Made by a program: the position numbers and the translations under genes | In this document: in pieces, positions 45,094-54,925 of the stretch | Layout of the letters: each line of letters begins with the position of its first letter | Numbering within the stretch: position 1 is the first letter of the stretch | NCBI GenBank assembly: GCA_013202525.1 | Contig: JABMQS010000002.1 | Span: forward strand, 1-60,297 | Source of the DNA: Candidatus Omnitrophota bacterium | Lineage (GTDB): Bacteria > Omnitrophota > Gorgyraeia > JABMRG01 | Reading direction: 5' to 3' | Length of the DNA: 60,297 nucleotides | Notes under the pieces: model-generated | The model's database searches: none | The model's input: only the letters and a program-made list of their open reading frames with translations | What the model was told of the DNA's origin: nothing

Positions 45094-46551
45094 ATGCAAA
45101 AGACAAAAACAGAAGAGATGACAAAAAAGAGAGTGCTATTTATCCGCACGGACTTTCTGGGTAAGAGTGAGTTTAGGCACCCACTGCATTTTACTCCTCC
45201 CCTGATGCTGAAGAGTGCGGAGAACCTCTTAAGGTCAGGGGGCGGCTATGAGACGAGACTAATCGATTGCTCTGTTGAGAGGGCCTCTGTAGATGCAGTT
45301 GTGCGAGAAGTGGTATCTTTTGCACCTGATGCTGTAGTTATCTCATTTTCAACCTATAATGCTCAGAAGGCCTGGGACCTCGCCTCAGAATTGAAGAAAA
45401 GAGACAACATGGTATTGACGATCGCGGTAGGCCATGGCGCCACCTCAAGGTATACTGAATACTTAACGAAGGAGAGCCCTTTTGATATTGTTTTGCGGGG
45501 TGAAGCTGGCAAGGAGATCGTTAGGACAATTCATAAATTATCTGATTTTAAATCCCCGGCTGAATCCAGGGAATATCTTCGCAGCAGAGGCGAAACGGGT
45601 GAGACATTTGCGCATAAAGACCTGGATGAGTTTTTATTTCCGGAGTATAGCAGTGATGAGCTGAAAAAATACCAGTTTATATATCCGGTAAGATTGAATA
45701 AGAGAGTGGTAAGCGGATATATACTATCCTCGTGCGGCTGTGTGCACAGTTGCATCTTCTGCACGCAGACCGTGCGAAAGAGCTATACGAAGGAGATAAG
45801 GTGCCAGCCGGCATCCAGGGTGGTAGATGAGATCTGCCGCCAGAAAGAGATAGGCGCAAACTTCATCTTTTTCCTGGATGATAATTTTTCATCTTCAAGA
45901 GAACACGTTATATCTGTATGCGATGAGATCATAAGCAGGGGTGTAGATATAGCCTGGTCTGCCTCAGCCAGGGTCGATGAATTGGACTCAAGCCTGCTTA
46001 AGCGCATGGCCGAGGCCGGATGCACTTTGTTGCTGCTAAGCGTGGAGTCAGGCCTTGAGAGGATAATCAAGATGCTCAACAAGACAGAGCATTCCCATGA
46101 ATGGGCCGCGAAGGCAAAAGAGGTATTTGCGGCCTGCCGGGAGTCTGGCATAGGGACCTGCGCGCTCTTTATGGTGGGTTGCCCGACGGAGACAAGAGAC
46201 GATATCGCCCATAGCATAGAACTGGCACATAGCTTAAATCCGGATTTTATCAAGGTCCATTCTTTCACCCCCTATCCGGGCACGGTATTTTATGAGAGGA
46301 ATAGGGATAAGATCCAGGTTGAGCTTCTGGACAGGATGCATCATTACCTGCCTCCACTCATTAATTTTTCCGGGATGGATATGAAGCTTCTTAGAAGCAG
46401 CCAGCGTTATTTTTACAGGAGCTTCTTGTCCAGGCCGCGCTACATAATAGGCCATCTCAGGAGATATTTTCTTTTTTACATGAATAATCCCGCCACCGCT
46501 GTGAAGCTTTTCTCATCAGCCCTTCGCATGATGTGGCCGAACGGTAAATAG
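45094..46551 (+). CDS. B12-binding-domain radical SAM enzyme (class B-like)
   Basis: The N-terminus has a Rossmann-like B12-binding-type region (VLFIRTD...PDAVVISFST...IAVGHGAT), followed by CVHSCIFC. Confidence 0.75.
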   Translation: MQKTKTEEMTKKRVLFIRTDFLGKSEFRHPLHFTPPLMLKSAENLLRSGGGYETRLIDCSVERASVDAVVREVVSFAPDAVVISFSTYNAQKAWDLASELKKRDNMVLTIAVGHGATSRYTEYLTKESPFDIVLRGEAGKEIVRTIHKLSDFKSPAESREYLRSRGETGETFAHKDLDEFLFPEYSSDELKKYQFIYPVRLNKRVVSGYILSSCGCVHSCIFCTQTVRKSYTKEIRCQPASRVVDEICRQKEIGANFIFFLDDNFSSSREHVISVCDEIISRGVDIAWSASARVDELDSSLLKRMAEAGCTLLLLSVESGLERIIKMLNKTEHSHEWAAKAKEVFAACRESGIGTCALFMVGCPTETRDDIAHSIELAHSLNPDFIKVHSFTPYPGTVFYERNRDKIQVELLDRMHHYLPPLINFSGMDMKLLRSSQRYFYRSFLSRPRYIIGHLRRYFLFYMNNPATAVKLFSSALRMMWPNGK

Positions 46552-46564
46552 AAACAGGATCTTT

Positions 46565-48304
46565 ATGACGGATATGGAATTCAAAAAGACAGACCTGCTC
46601 CTTCTTTTGATAGTATCCCTGGGCATTCTTCTTTTCGATATGGGGCTCTTTAAGAACCTGGGTTACTATTTAGCCAATGATGATTGGCTCGAACATATGA
46701 GTTACCACAGGTTCTTCAGGCAGAGCGTGCTGAATGATGGCCAGTTTCCGCTATGGTGTCCGTATTTCGGCGGCGGCTATCCCATATTCTCATACCCGAG
46801 CTTCCCGGCCTTAAACCCGCTGATATTGATTACGCTTCTTTTCGGTGAAGTGATAGCGCTCAAGTTAGATATATTATTAGCCGGCCTTATATGCGCAATA
46901 GGCACCTATTGCCTTGCGCGCTACGCGCTTAAATGCTCGCGCATAGCCGCTGCTTTTGCAACAGGCCTGGTCGTCTTTAGCAACTGGCTCCCCTTACGTG
47001 TCCTTGAGGGCAATTTTACCGAATTCTGGTTTTTTCTATTTCCGCTGCTTTTATATCTTTTCGTAAGGAGCAGAGAAGACTACCGTTACAGGATTGCCGC
47101 TGCTGTATATTTTTCATTTGCCTTGATGTCAGCAAGCATATCATATGCGGTCTTTGTTTTTTTCCTGGTAATGCTTACAACAGTTAATATCATATTTGAC
47201 GGAAGGCGCCTTAATGCCGGTAAAGAGATCAGAAATCTTTTTTTGATAGTAGGGCTCTCACTCGTATACGGCATGGTAAAGATCCTGCCCATGCTTGAGC
47301 TGCTATCTATAAACAGCAGGGCATCTGGGCCGTACCCACTTGGCTCTTTTTCATTTGAAGGCTTTGGTTACATTCTGTATTCTGTATATGGCAGGATTGG
47401 CTTGCTGCAGGCCTTACTCTGTATCGCAGCCCTGATCTTTATCAGGAGAGATACCTTGAAATGGCTATCTATATTTATTGTTTGCGTCTTTATAGCGGCC
47501 ACCTATAATTCACCTGTAGACCTTTCTGCGCTGTTGTCACATCTGCCTGTCTTTAGGTCCATCCAGCAGGGCGGCTGGGAGAAGTATTTTGATTTTTTCC
47601 TGCTGCTTTTACCCGCCCTTCTTTGCGGAAGGGCACTTACATTTTTTTCTGAGCGCATAAAGGCCAAAAGGCTAAGATACATATTTGTCGGAATCATGTT
47701 TATTTTTGGGCCGGTGCTGTTATTTTCCCGTAATGTCGGTTTACAGCAGGAAGTATTTGCTGAACCTCTTCCACGGATAGAAAAAGCAGCAAACCTTTAC
47801 CATGTAAAGGGTGTCGGTATGCCGAGGGATGAGCTCAGGACACCGCTTAGCCTCGGGTATTTTAATCTCTTAAGGGGCGTGGGGACGATCGATTTCTATA
47901 CCGAGCTTCCTATAGGAGAATATGCGGCTTGCAGGTATTTTGTGGATACTAAAAACAACGTTTATGAAAATCGAGCCTACAGAGGAGAGGTCTATTGCCT
48001 GGATAAGGCCAACAGCGCGCAGATCGATTTTATCAAGCCAAATACGATAGGCCTCAAGCTCAATATCAAAAAGCCTGGCAAGGTGGTAATCAATCAGAAC
48101 TATAGCAGGTACTGGCAATGTGATGGAGTCCGGATAGAGAATCACCAGGGGCTTCTGGCCCTTGATGTCAAAGATACCGGTGCTTATTTGCTCAGGTTAT
48201 CCTATAGGCCGGTATCGTTCTATATAGGCCTGTTTATAACGTGCATTGCTTTTCTACTGACACTTGTCTGCAGCCTAAAGAAAAGATCTTATAGGAGGCG
48301 GTGA
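46565..48304 (+). CDS. YfhO-like polytopic membrane protein (putative GT-C glycosyltransferase), paralogue of 41179-42948
   Basis: The shared motif is DGQFPLWCPYFGGGYPIFSYPSFPALNP. The architecture is the same, including KILPMLE(L/F)L and the C-terminal beta domain plus terminal TM. Confidence 0.45.
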   Translation: MTDMEFKKTDLLLLLIVSLGILLFDMGLFKNLGYYLANDDWLEHMSYHRFFRQSVLNDGQFPLWCPYFGGGYPIFSYPSFPALNPLILITLLFGEVIALKLDILLAGLICAIGTYCLARYALKCSRIAAAFATGLVVFSNWLPLRVLEGNFTEFWFFLFPLLLYLFVRSREDYRYRIAAAVYFSFALMSASISYAVFVFFLVMLTTVNIIFDGRRLNAGKEIRNLFLIVGLSLVYGMVKILPMLELLSINSRASGPYPLGSFSFEGFGYILYSVYGRIGLLQALLCIAALIFIRRDTLKWLSIFIVCVFIAATYNSPVDLSALLSHLPVFRSIQQGGWEKYFDFFLLLLPALLCGRALTFFSERIKAKRLRYIFVGIMFIFGPVLLFSRNVGLQQEVFAEPLPRIEKAANLYHVKGVGMPRDELRTPLSLGYFNLLRGVGTIDFYTELPIGEYAACRYFVDTKNNVYENRAYRGEVYCLDKANSAQIDFIKPNTIGLKLNIKKPGKVVINQNYSRYWQCDGVRIENHQGLLALDVKDTGAYLLRLSYRPVSFYIGLFITCIAFLLTLVCSLKKRSYRRR

Positions 48305-48317
48305 TACCGGTCTTTAG

Positions 48318-49514
48318 ATGAATTCTAAATTAGTTCTTGTCCTGGTATTGGTGATATTGATAATCGGTTTTTGCCTGCGTCTTTATGCCGCATATTTTAT
48401 GCCGCTGGTCGAGGATGAAGCTGTACTCATTGGGCTTGCAGCGGAGCCGATGCCCGAAGAAGAGACCGTTTCCTACGATGATTACGACAGCCTTACAATG
48501 AACTACTTTTTTCTATTGCCGCAGATTGCAAAGGCAGGGTATAGTATCTTCAGATATCGCATAGTGCCCTTTCGCATATTGTCCGTTCTCCTTGGCACCT
48601 TGAGCCTCTTATTTTTCTATAAGCTGGTTGCGCAGATGTTGGGGCAAGAGACTGCGCTGATCGCTTTATGTCTTTTGACCTTCAGCCAGTACCATATAGG
48701 GGCAAATTCCCTGTTCCACGAGGAGAGCCTCCTTCTTTTTTTCTTATCGCTTGCGGTATATTTCTTCTTTAAGTCTTTAGACGGCAGTCCGGACTGGCTC
48801 TACGCCTTCGGGGCGAGCGTAGTCCTGGGGTGTGTCTCAAGCTCTTTGATGTTTATGATTATACCTGTATTTTTTATCTTTTTGCTTATCGATCGAAAGA
48901 GAAGGCTCATCTTTAGACGTAAGACTATCTATATATGCCTGCTTTATGCCTTTTTTTTGATCCTGCCCTATTTTCTTTTATGCAGCAGAGAGATCTTTTG
49001 TAAACTCTTCTTGACGGAGGACGTCTTAAATATCGGGTTTAGTCTGCGTGGGTTCTACATGTATTTTGCCGAGATAGTAGAGTTTGCCTCAGACAAAGGC
49101 CGCTTCTTTTGCGTAGATAATGTCCTCCAGGTCGTATCCAGGCGCATAAACGACGGCAGTATGAGATTTTTAAGTACAATAAGCAATGAGTTTGTGTGGG
49201 CGCACTGGATGATGGGCCTTCTGGTATTTACGGGATTCTTCCGGTGCCTTAAAAAGCAATGCAGACAGAGGGAGCTGATACTATTTTCACTTATCATGTT
49301 TGCCTTTATCCTGCTTACGGTGAGTATCCTTGCAGGAGGCACATCTCTTTTTGATGACCACTGGTGGGCCGGCATGAGCCTGTTTCCGGGTATAATACTC
49401 GCTTCGTATATGCTTAATGAGTTAAGGGCAAGAGGCAAGGCCTTTAATACTGCGGTTATTACACTCATTGCCTATTTTGGGTTTCATTCTCTTTATTATA
49501 TATTCACGCTGTAA
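48318..49514 (+). CDS. Polytopic membrane protein, small ArnT/PMT_2-like GT-C candidate
   Basis: The N-terminus LRLYAAYFMPLVEDEA has a first-loop acidic DE pair. About 10 TM segments are predicted. Confidence 0.4.
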   Translation: MNSKLVLVLVLVILIIGFCLRLYAAYFMPLVEDEAVLIGLAAEPMPEEETVSYDDYDSLTMNYFFLLPQIAKAGYSIFRYRIVPFRILSVLLGTLSLLFFYKLVAQMLGQETALIALCLLTFSQYHIGANSLFHEESLLLFFLSLAVYFFFKSLDGSPDWLYAFGASVVLGCVSSSLMFMIIPVFFIFLLIDRKRRLIFRRKTIYICLLYAFFLILPYFLLCSREIFCKLFLTEDVLNIGFSLRGFYMYFAEIVEFASDKGRFFCVDNVLQVVSRRINDGSMRFLSTISNEFVWAHWMMGLLVFTGFFRCLKKQCRQRELILFSLIMFAFILLTVSILAGGTSLFDDHWWAGMSLFPGIILASYMLNELRARGKAFNTAVITLIAYFGFHSLYYIFTL

Positions 49515-49537
49515 CCTGAGTTAGAGCGGATATTACT

Positions 49538-51382
49538 ATGGCCGATCATAATACAACAAGTAAAAGAAGCCGACGCTTGCTATATGAGGTCGTATTTTCT
49601 AATATCGTCTTCTTCCTGTATCTTATTCATTACCTAAAGCCTTTCAGTCCCTTTGCTCTCTTTTCTATTATAGCGCTTTTGGTCTTTGTTCTTCCCGGGT
49701 TGGCATGGGCGAATATGTTTTCAGACAAACTCAGAAATCCGGCCGCCTATATCTTTGCGGTTATCTTTTTATCTACGGTGTGGGGATTATGCAGTTATGT
49801 ATCCCACTTTCTGACGGGTTTTGATATAAACAGCCAGACGCACGCGGCATTCCTATTTTTGGTTACCAACGCAGGGTTTCTGATTGCCTTCCGGAAGGTT
49901 GGCAGGAGAGGCAAGGCCGGGGAGAGAAGCGGTACCGGGAAGTTGATTTTGAGCAGGGCAGCTGTTTTTTCGATGCTCCTGATATTTTTGTGCGCCTATT
50001 TATTCTTATATTGGTTCAGTCTGAATTTTGTGCCTGCATTGGAAGATAATGATTTTGAACTTGGAGGCACGGCATACGGGCTCACCAGCCAGCTTAAGCC
50101 GCATCTTCTTTCTGATAGAAAGACTACTCTTTATTTTGCGCATCCGCCTCTCATACACCTCTACGCGGCAGACTTCTTTCTCCTGTCAGATAAGATCGAT
50201 GAGGCGAGGCCTTATTATGATATCGCAAGGTTAGCCCAGCGCTATCAGAAAAAGCAGTTACAGCCCAAAGAGCGTATAACACTCTATGGCCCTGAGTCCG
50301 GATACAAAAGATATGAGATCGAGAGCATCGCCGATGGAAAGGTTATGCTCGATAAACCATTGCGCGATGGCGTCAAGATAGATTATGGCAGATATCTGGA
50401 AAAGGGGCGCAGGATATTCGAGTCTTCGCAGATCAGGGATGCGATGCTCTGGGCTTTGATAGAAAGGGAGTATGCTGTTTTTGCCGCAAGGCCTAATCTT
50501 ATCGTAACGCGTATATCCAATATATTCCTGGGTGCGTTGACATGCGCACTGATATTCTACTGCATATATATTCTACTCGGTTCGGTCTTGTGGGCTTTTT
50601 TAGCAGCAGTGCTGTATCTATCTTTTCCGACAATAGTCGTGCTTACAGTCGGTGAGATATACTATTCCATATCATCCTTTGCGATGATATCGATCTTCTG
50701 CGCGTATATCGATAGAGTCGAGTGGCCTCGTGATGCAGTGGTGTTTTGGATGGGTATCTTCGCAGGGTTATCAAACCACAAGATCTTCATGCTGCCCTTG
50801 GCGTTGTTTCTGGTATACCTATTACAGTGCAGGCATAGGCCCAGGCCCTCTTTTAAAGAAGCCATCTCTGACAATGCCGTTGTTTTAGGTTATCTTGCCG
50901 GGATAGCACTTTTTTGGATGTATGGTCTGTGTGTTGATAGCGGGACATTTCTTGTGGATCACTTCAGGCATCATCTGCTCGACCGCGTATTGCATAAGAA
51001 TGTACTCGGTTACACAGGATATTATAGTGTCTTTGGTATGTGGAAGAATTTTTTGAACTGGCCGTTTCTTCTACTTTGCATAATGGCGATCTGGCAATTG
51101 CGAAAGAAGATAAGGTGTGAGGCGATAGCACAGATACTCTTCTTATGGGCCTTGATAGGCGCCTTAGCGTATTCTATAGTAGACTGGCGGGAGATGGGTC
51201 ATATATCATTGATAACGCTGCCCCTTCTCATAACAGTATTCTATGCATTATCGGATGCGGGCAGGAGAAGGTCTTATATCTTTGCTGCTTTTGTATCTGT
51301 AATTATAATCATCAATCTCGTGTTCTTTTATAGCGCTACAGGTGACTTTACGTTGATACTGAATAAACTCGGCTGGTTATAG
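49538..51382 (+). CDS. GT-C membrane glycosyltransferase, ArnT/PMT_2-like
   Basis: The first-loop motif is PALEDNDFELGGTAYGL, followed by YFAHPPLIHLY (an HPPL motif). There are many TM segments. Confidence 0.55.
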   Translation: MADHNTTSKRSRRLLYEVVFSNIVFFLYLIHYLKPFSPFALFSIIALLVFVLPGLAWANMFSDKLRNPAAYIFAVIFLSTVWGLCSYVSHFLTGFDINSQTHAAFLFLVTNAGFLIAFRKVGRRGKAGERSGTGKLILSRAAVFSMLLIFLCAYLFLYWFSLNFVPALEDNDFELGGTAYGLTSQLKPHLLSDRKTTLYFAHPPLIHLYAADFFLLSDKIDEARPYYDIARLAQRYQKKQLQPKERITLYGPESGYKRYEIESIADGKVMLDKPLRDGVKIDYGRYLEKGRRIFESSQIRDAMLWALIEREYAVFAARPNLIVTRISNIFLGALTCALIFYCIYILLGSVLWAFLAAVLYLSFPTIVVLTVGEIYYSISSFAMISIFCAYIDRVEWPRDAVVFWMGIFAGLSNHKIFMLPLALFLVYLLQCRHRPRPSFKEAISDNAVVLGYLAGIALFWMYGLCVDSGTFLVDHFRHHLLDRVLHKNVLGYTGYYSVFGMWKNFLNWPFLLLCIMAIWQLRKKIRCEAIAQILFLWALIGALAYSIVDWREMGHISLITLPLLITVFYALSDAGRRRSYIFAAFVSVIIIINLVFFYSATGDFTLILNKLGWL

Positions 51383-51411
51383 AAAGTTTTAACAATAGAG
51401 AGGCGGTTATA

Positions 51412-52632
51412 ATGCTTTTAAAGAAGATACCCAAGAGAAATATCCTGATGTATCCCGGTGAACTAAAGGATGTGTTTAGCCTGGTAAGATCCGGAGACAT
51501 TCTTGAAGGCCCGTTTATCGAGGAGTTCGAGGAGGCCTTTAAGGCCTTTACGGGTGCGAAAGAGGCCGTTGCTGTCTCATCCGGAAGATTTGCCATGGAT
51601 CTTATTCTTAAAGAACTCGGGCTTAAGAAGGGGGACGGTGTAATCATCTCGGCGTATAATTTTAAAGGTGTGCCGAGGATTCTTTCGCAGGAGGGACTGG
51701 AGCTTCAGTTTATCGATGCCGATAAAGATACATACCAGATCGATATAGATCAGATAGAGCCTGCGATTAACGGGAAGACAAAGGCGATAATAGTCACCCA
51801 TCTTTTTGGACAGCTCTGCGATATGGACAGGATAAGCCAGATAGCTTCGCGGCATAACCTGCTGGTAATAGAGGATGCGGCACACGCCCTTGGCAGTTAT
51901 TATAAAGGTGCACATGCCGGGACCATAGGACGTGCCGGTTTTTTCAGTTTTTCAGGCAGCAAGACTCTCAACACCTCGTTCGGGGGCATGCTGGTCACCT
52001 CTGATAAAGCCCTGGCAGAATCCATAAGGGACAAACTCCGCGATTTCCCGTTTCCTGACAAAAAAGATCTATTGCGCGAGATCCCGAAGAAGTGGATATA
52101 TACACTTCTGACCAAAAGGGTTTTTTATAGCCTTACGGAATATCCTCTCACACTGCTTATGAGTCTGTTTGGAGAGGATCCGCTAGAGGTGTATAAGAAG
52201 ATCAAGGGCCCTGAGATAGGCGACAGGAAGATGAGGTTTACCAATCTGCAGGCAATGGTGGGGAAGAGGCAGCTTGGATATGTTAAGGATATTATTGAAG
52301 GGAGAAGACGCGTAGCTGAGAAACTTATGGAAAAGATAAGGCCCTTTATAACCCTGCAGAAGATACCCTCCGACGGTAAGGCAAGTTATTTTATGTTCTG
52401 CCTTAAGGCGAAAGATAAGATGACGGTATTCAAAAAACTGCTTTATAAAGGCATAGATTCCAATCTGGCCTATGCCTCTGACTGTTCTTATATGGCAGGG
52501 GATAAGAGATTCCAGAATGCCAGTGAGCTGGACGGGTCCGTAATAACATTCAACCTCCCCTATGACCTTGGCGAAAAAGAGATATTCTATATAGCGGGTA
52601 CCTTGAAGGGGATGAAGGAGTTGTTGTGCTGA
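51412..52632 (+). CDS. DegT/DnrJ/EryC1/StrS-family PLP-dependent aminotransferase
   Basis: GPFIEEFEEAF..FTG, VIEDAAHALGS and FSFSGSKTLNT (PLP lysine context) are present. Confidence 0.85.
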   Translation: MLLKKIPKRNILMYPGELKDVFSLVRSGDILEGPFIEEFEEAFKAFTGAKEAVAVSSGRFAMDLILKELGLKKGDGVIISAYNFKGVPRILSQEGLELQFIDADKDTYQIDIDQIEPAINGKTKAIIVTHLFGQLCDMDRISQIASRHNLLVIEDAAHALGSYYKGAHAGTIGRAGFFSFSGSKTLNTSFGGMLVTSDKALAESIRDKLRDFPFPDKKDLLREIPKKWIYTLLTKRVFYSLTEYPLTLLMSLFGEDPLEVYKKIKGPEIGDRKMRFTNLQAMVGKRQLGYVKDIIEGRRRVAEKLMEKIRPFITLQKIPSDGKASYFMFCLKAKDKMTVFKKLLYKGIDSNLAYASDCSYMAGDKRFQNASELDGSVITFNLPYDLGEKEIFYIAGTLKGMKELLC

Positions 52633-52648
52633 ATTATTCGGAGAGCAT

Positions 52649-53662
52649 ATGATACCGCTTAAAGAACTGCGCTGCCTCTTAAAGTCAGCGGTACAGGCGA
52701 TGTTGCTAAGAAGAAATTCACCTTTTGCCTTTAGGTGGAATATTACAGAGAGGTGTCTGCGAACGTGCGTCTACTGCAATGTAGATACTTCTAAAGAGAC
52801 AGATGAGCTGGATACAAAACAAGCGAAGGCGCTTATCGATCAAATAGCATCGAATATAATCTACATTACCATAAGCGGCGGCGAGCCTATGTTGAGGCAG
52901 GATATCGGTGAGATCATAGGATATGCACGGGATAGGGGCATAAGGCATATACAGATGGTTTCTTCCGGTCATGATATCAGCAAGAGGATCGATGAACTGA
53001 GCCGTGTGAGCAGGCTCGTCTTGAGCATAGAAGGTAGTGAGGCTGTCCATGATATGCTGCGGGGTGAGGGTTCCTACAGTGAGGTCATTGAGGCTGCGGG
53101 CGCTGCCTCAAAGCACGGCATAAAGGTCTGCCTTAATGCAGTGCTGATGAAGCAGAATCTAGGTGAGATACCGTTTCTTGTAAAGCTCTCTTCACGCATT
53201 AAGGCGCCGATCACATTTGAACCTATTTTTCAGGCCACAGGTTCAAAGGATATGGCGCCCTTTTATCCTTCATCTGCCGAATACAGTAAGGCGATAGAAG
53301 AGATCACCAGGATTAAGAATGCAGATGGGGCCCTGATAAGTAATTCTGAGGGGTCTTTGGAATTTATAAAGAGCTGGCCGGAATATGCGCCTATGCGTTG
53401 TGCCGCGGGCAGGCTATTCTGCATTATACGTTCTGACGGAAGCCTGCAGAGTTGCGATCATATAAATTATGCGGATATGGCCTCTGAGACACAAGGCCTT
53501 AATATATTGAATGCCGGATTTGATAAGGCAGTGGCAGCCATAAAAAGTCCTATTTGCAAAGGGTGCGGATGCGAAGGTTCACTTCAGCTCTCCAGGATCA
53601 TGAACCTTAGCCCGAGCTTTTTATCTGATACGCGTTCTGAACTCGCTAGATTAAGGGAATAG
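52649..53662 (+). CDS. Radical SAM enzyme with a Cys-rich auxiliary C-terminus (SPASM/twitch-like)
   Basis: The motifs are CLRTCVYC, SGGEPML, and C-terminal CAAG...GSLQSC...CKGCGCEG. Confidence 0.8.
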   Translation: MIPLKELRCLLKSAVQAMLLRRNSPFAFRWNITERCLRTCVYCNVDTSKETDELDTKQAKALIDQIASNIIYITISGGEPMLRQDIGEIIGYARDRGIRHIQMVSSGHDISKRIDELSRVSRLVLSIEGSEAVHDMLRGEGSYSEVIEAAGAASKHGIKVCLNAVLMKQNLGEIPFLVKLSSRIKAPITFEPIFQATGSKDMAPFYPSSAEYSKAIEEITRIKNADGALISNSEGSLEFIKSWPEYAPMRCAAGRLFCIIRSDGSLQSCDHINYADMASETQGLNILNAGFDKAVAAIKSPICKGCGCEGSLQLSRIMNLSPSFLSDTRSELARLRE

Positions 53663-53692
53663 CCGCCTTCGATAGGAGATTATAATAACGAC

Positions 53693-54925
53693 ATGTTTAC
53701 TGCTATACCAAGGCTTACTATAGATTATTCAAAGGAAGAGTTCGCCGCTATCTTCAGGACGTTGATCAAAGGTCAGGCCCTGGAAGGAGAAGCGCTCTGT
53801 CAGTTTGAGACCGAGTTCGCTAAATATATAGGAGCAAAGTATGCAGTGCTCATATCTTCCGGAAGATCGGCCCTGTTCCATATATTAAAGACCTTGGATT
53901 ATAAACCTGATGATGAGATTGTCCTTTCCTCATACAACTATTATGTTGTTCCGGAGGTAATAAGACTTTGCGGGCTGAGACCCGTCTTTTGTGATATTGA
54001 ATTGAGCGACTATAATATCAGCACAAAGGCTATCGAATCGGCTATTACCCGCAGGACCAGGGCGATAATAGCAACACACATGTATGGCCACCCCTGTGAT
54101 ATGGAGGGCATATATAGTTTGGCAAAGAGGCACAACCTGGATATAATAGAGGATTGCGCTCATTCCTGCGGCTCGGAATATAAAGGCATTAAGACAGGGG
54201 CATTGGGACGGGTGGCCCTTTTTAGCTTCAGTATGCCAAAGGCCTTGACTACATTCAGGGGAGGAGCTATTACCACAGATGATAAGAGGATCTACGATTC
54301 TATAAAAAGATTGAATGACGGTTCAGACCATAATGCCAGAGAGACCTTCAGCGATCTTACCTTTGGCCTGGCAGGGTATCTTTTCTTTAAGCCATGGTTC
54401 TTTGCCTGCGCCTCTTACCCGGTTTTACTCCTTATGAGGCGTATGGCCCCAGATCTATTGAGTAAGCTTTTTGACAATGAACCGAAGAGGTTGACCAAAG
54501 GTTCTATTCATTCCCGGGCGAAGTTTAATAACCTGAAGGCCTCGGTGGGTATGGCTCAGCTCAGAAGGCTCGATTCGATGATAGAAAAGAGAAGAAGGGT
54601 TTCCGAGCTTTTAATTGAAAATCTCGAGTCGATAAATGGTATTTCACTGCCGCGGGAGCTTCCGGGCGCAAGGCATAACTATCTATATTTCAATATACTG
54701 TTTGATAACCCAAAACTTTTGTCAGACAGACTGTATCTAAAAGGCGTAGATACCGAGAGTTCTGATTTTCGGGATTGTTCGAGCCTTGAAATATTCAAGC
54801 GATATTATTCTGATTCGCCCAACGCTCAATATGCAAGCAGTCATATTTTAAGGATTCCTAATTTTTCCGTTCTTGCGGAGAAAAAAATATCATATGTAGC
54901 AGAATCTATCAGAAGGTGCCTTTGA
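53693..54925 (+). CDS. DegT/DnrJ/EryC1/StrS-family PLP-dependent aminotransferase (second copy)
   Basis: CQFETEFAKYIG, IIEDCAHSCGS and FSFSMPKALTT are present. Confidence 0.85.
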   Translation: MFTAIPRLTIDYSKEEFAAIFRTLIKGQALEGEALCQFETEFAKYIGAKYAVLISSGRSALFHILKTLDYKPDDEIVLSSYNYYVVPEVIRLCGLRPVFCDIELSDYNISTKAIESAITRRTRAIIATHMYGHPCDMEGIYSLAKRHNLDIIEDCAHSCGSEYKGIKTGALGRVALFSFSMPKALTTFRGGAITTDDKRIYDSIKRLNDGSDHNARETFSDLTFGLAGYLFFKPWFFACASYPVLLLMRRMAPDLLSKLFDNEPKRLTKGSIHSRAKFNNLKASVGMAQLRRLDSMIEKRRRVSELLIENLESINGISLPRELPGARHNYLYFNILFDNPKLLSDRLYLKGVDTESSDFRDCSSLEIFKRYYSDSPNAQYASSHILRIPNFSVLAEKKISYVAESIRRCL

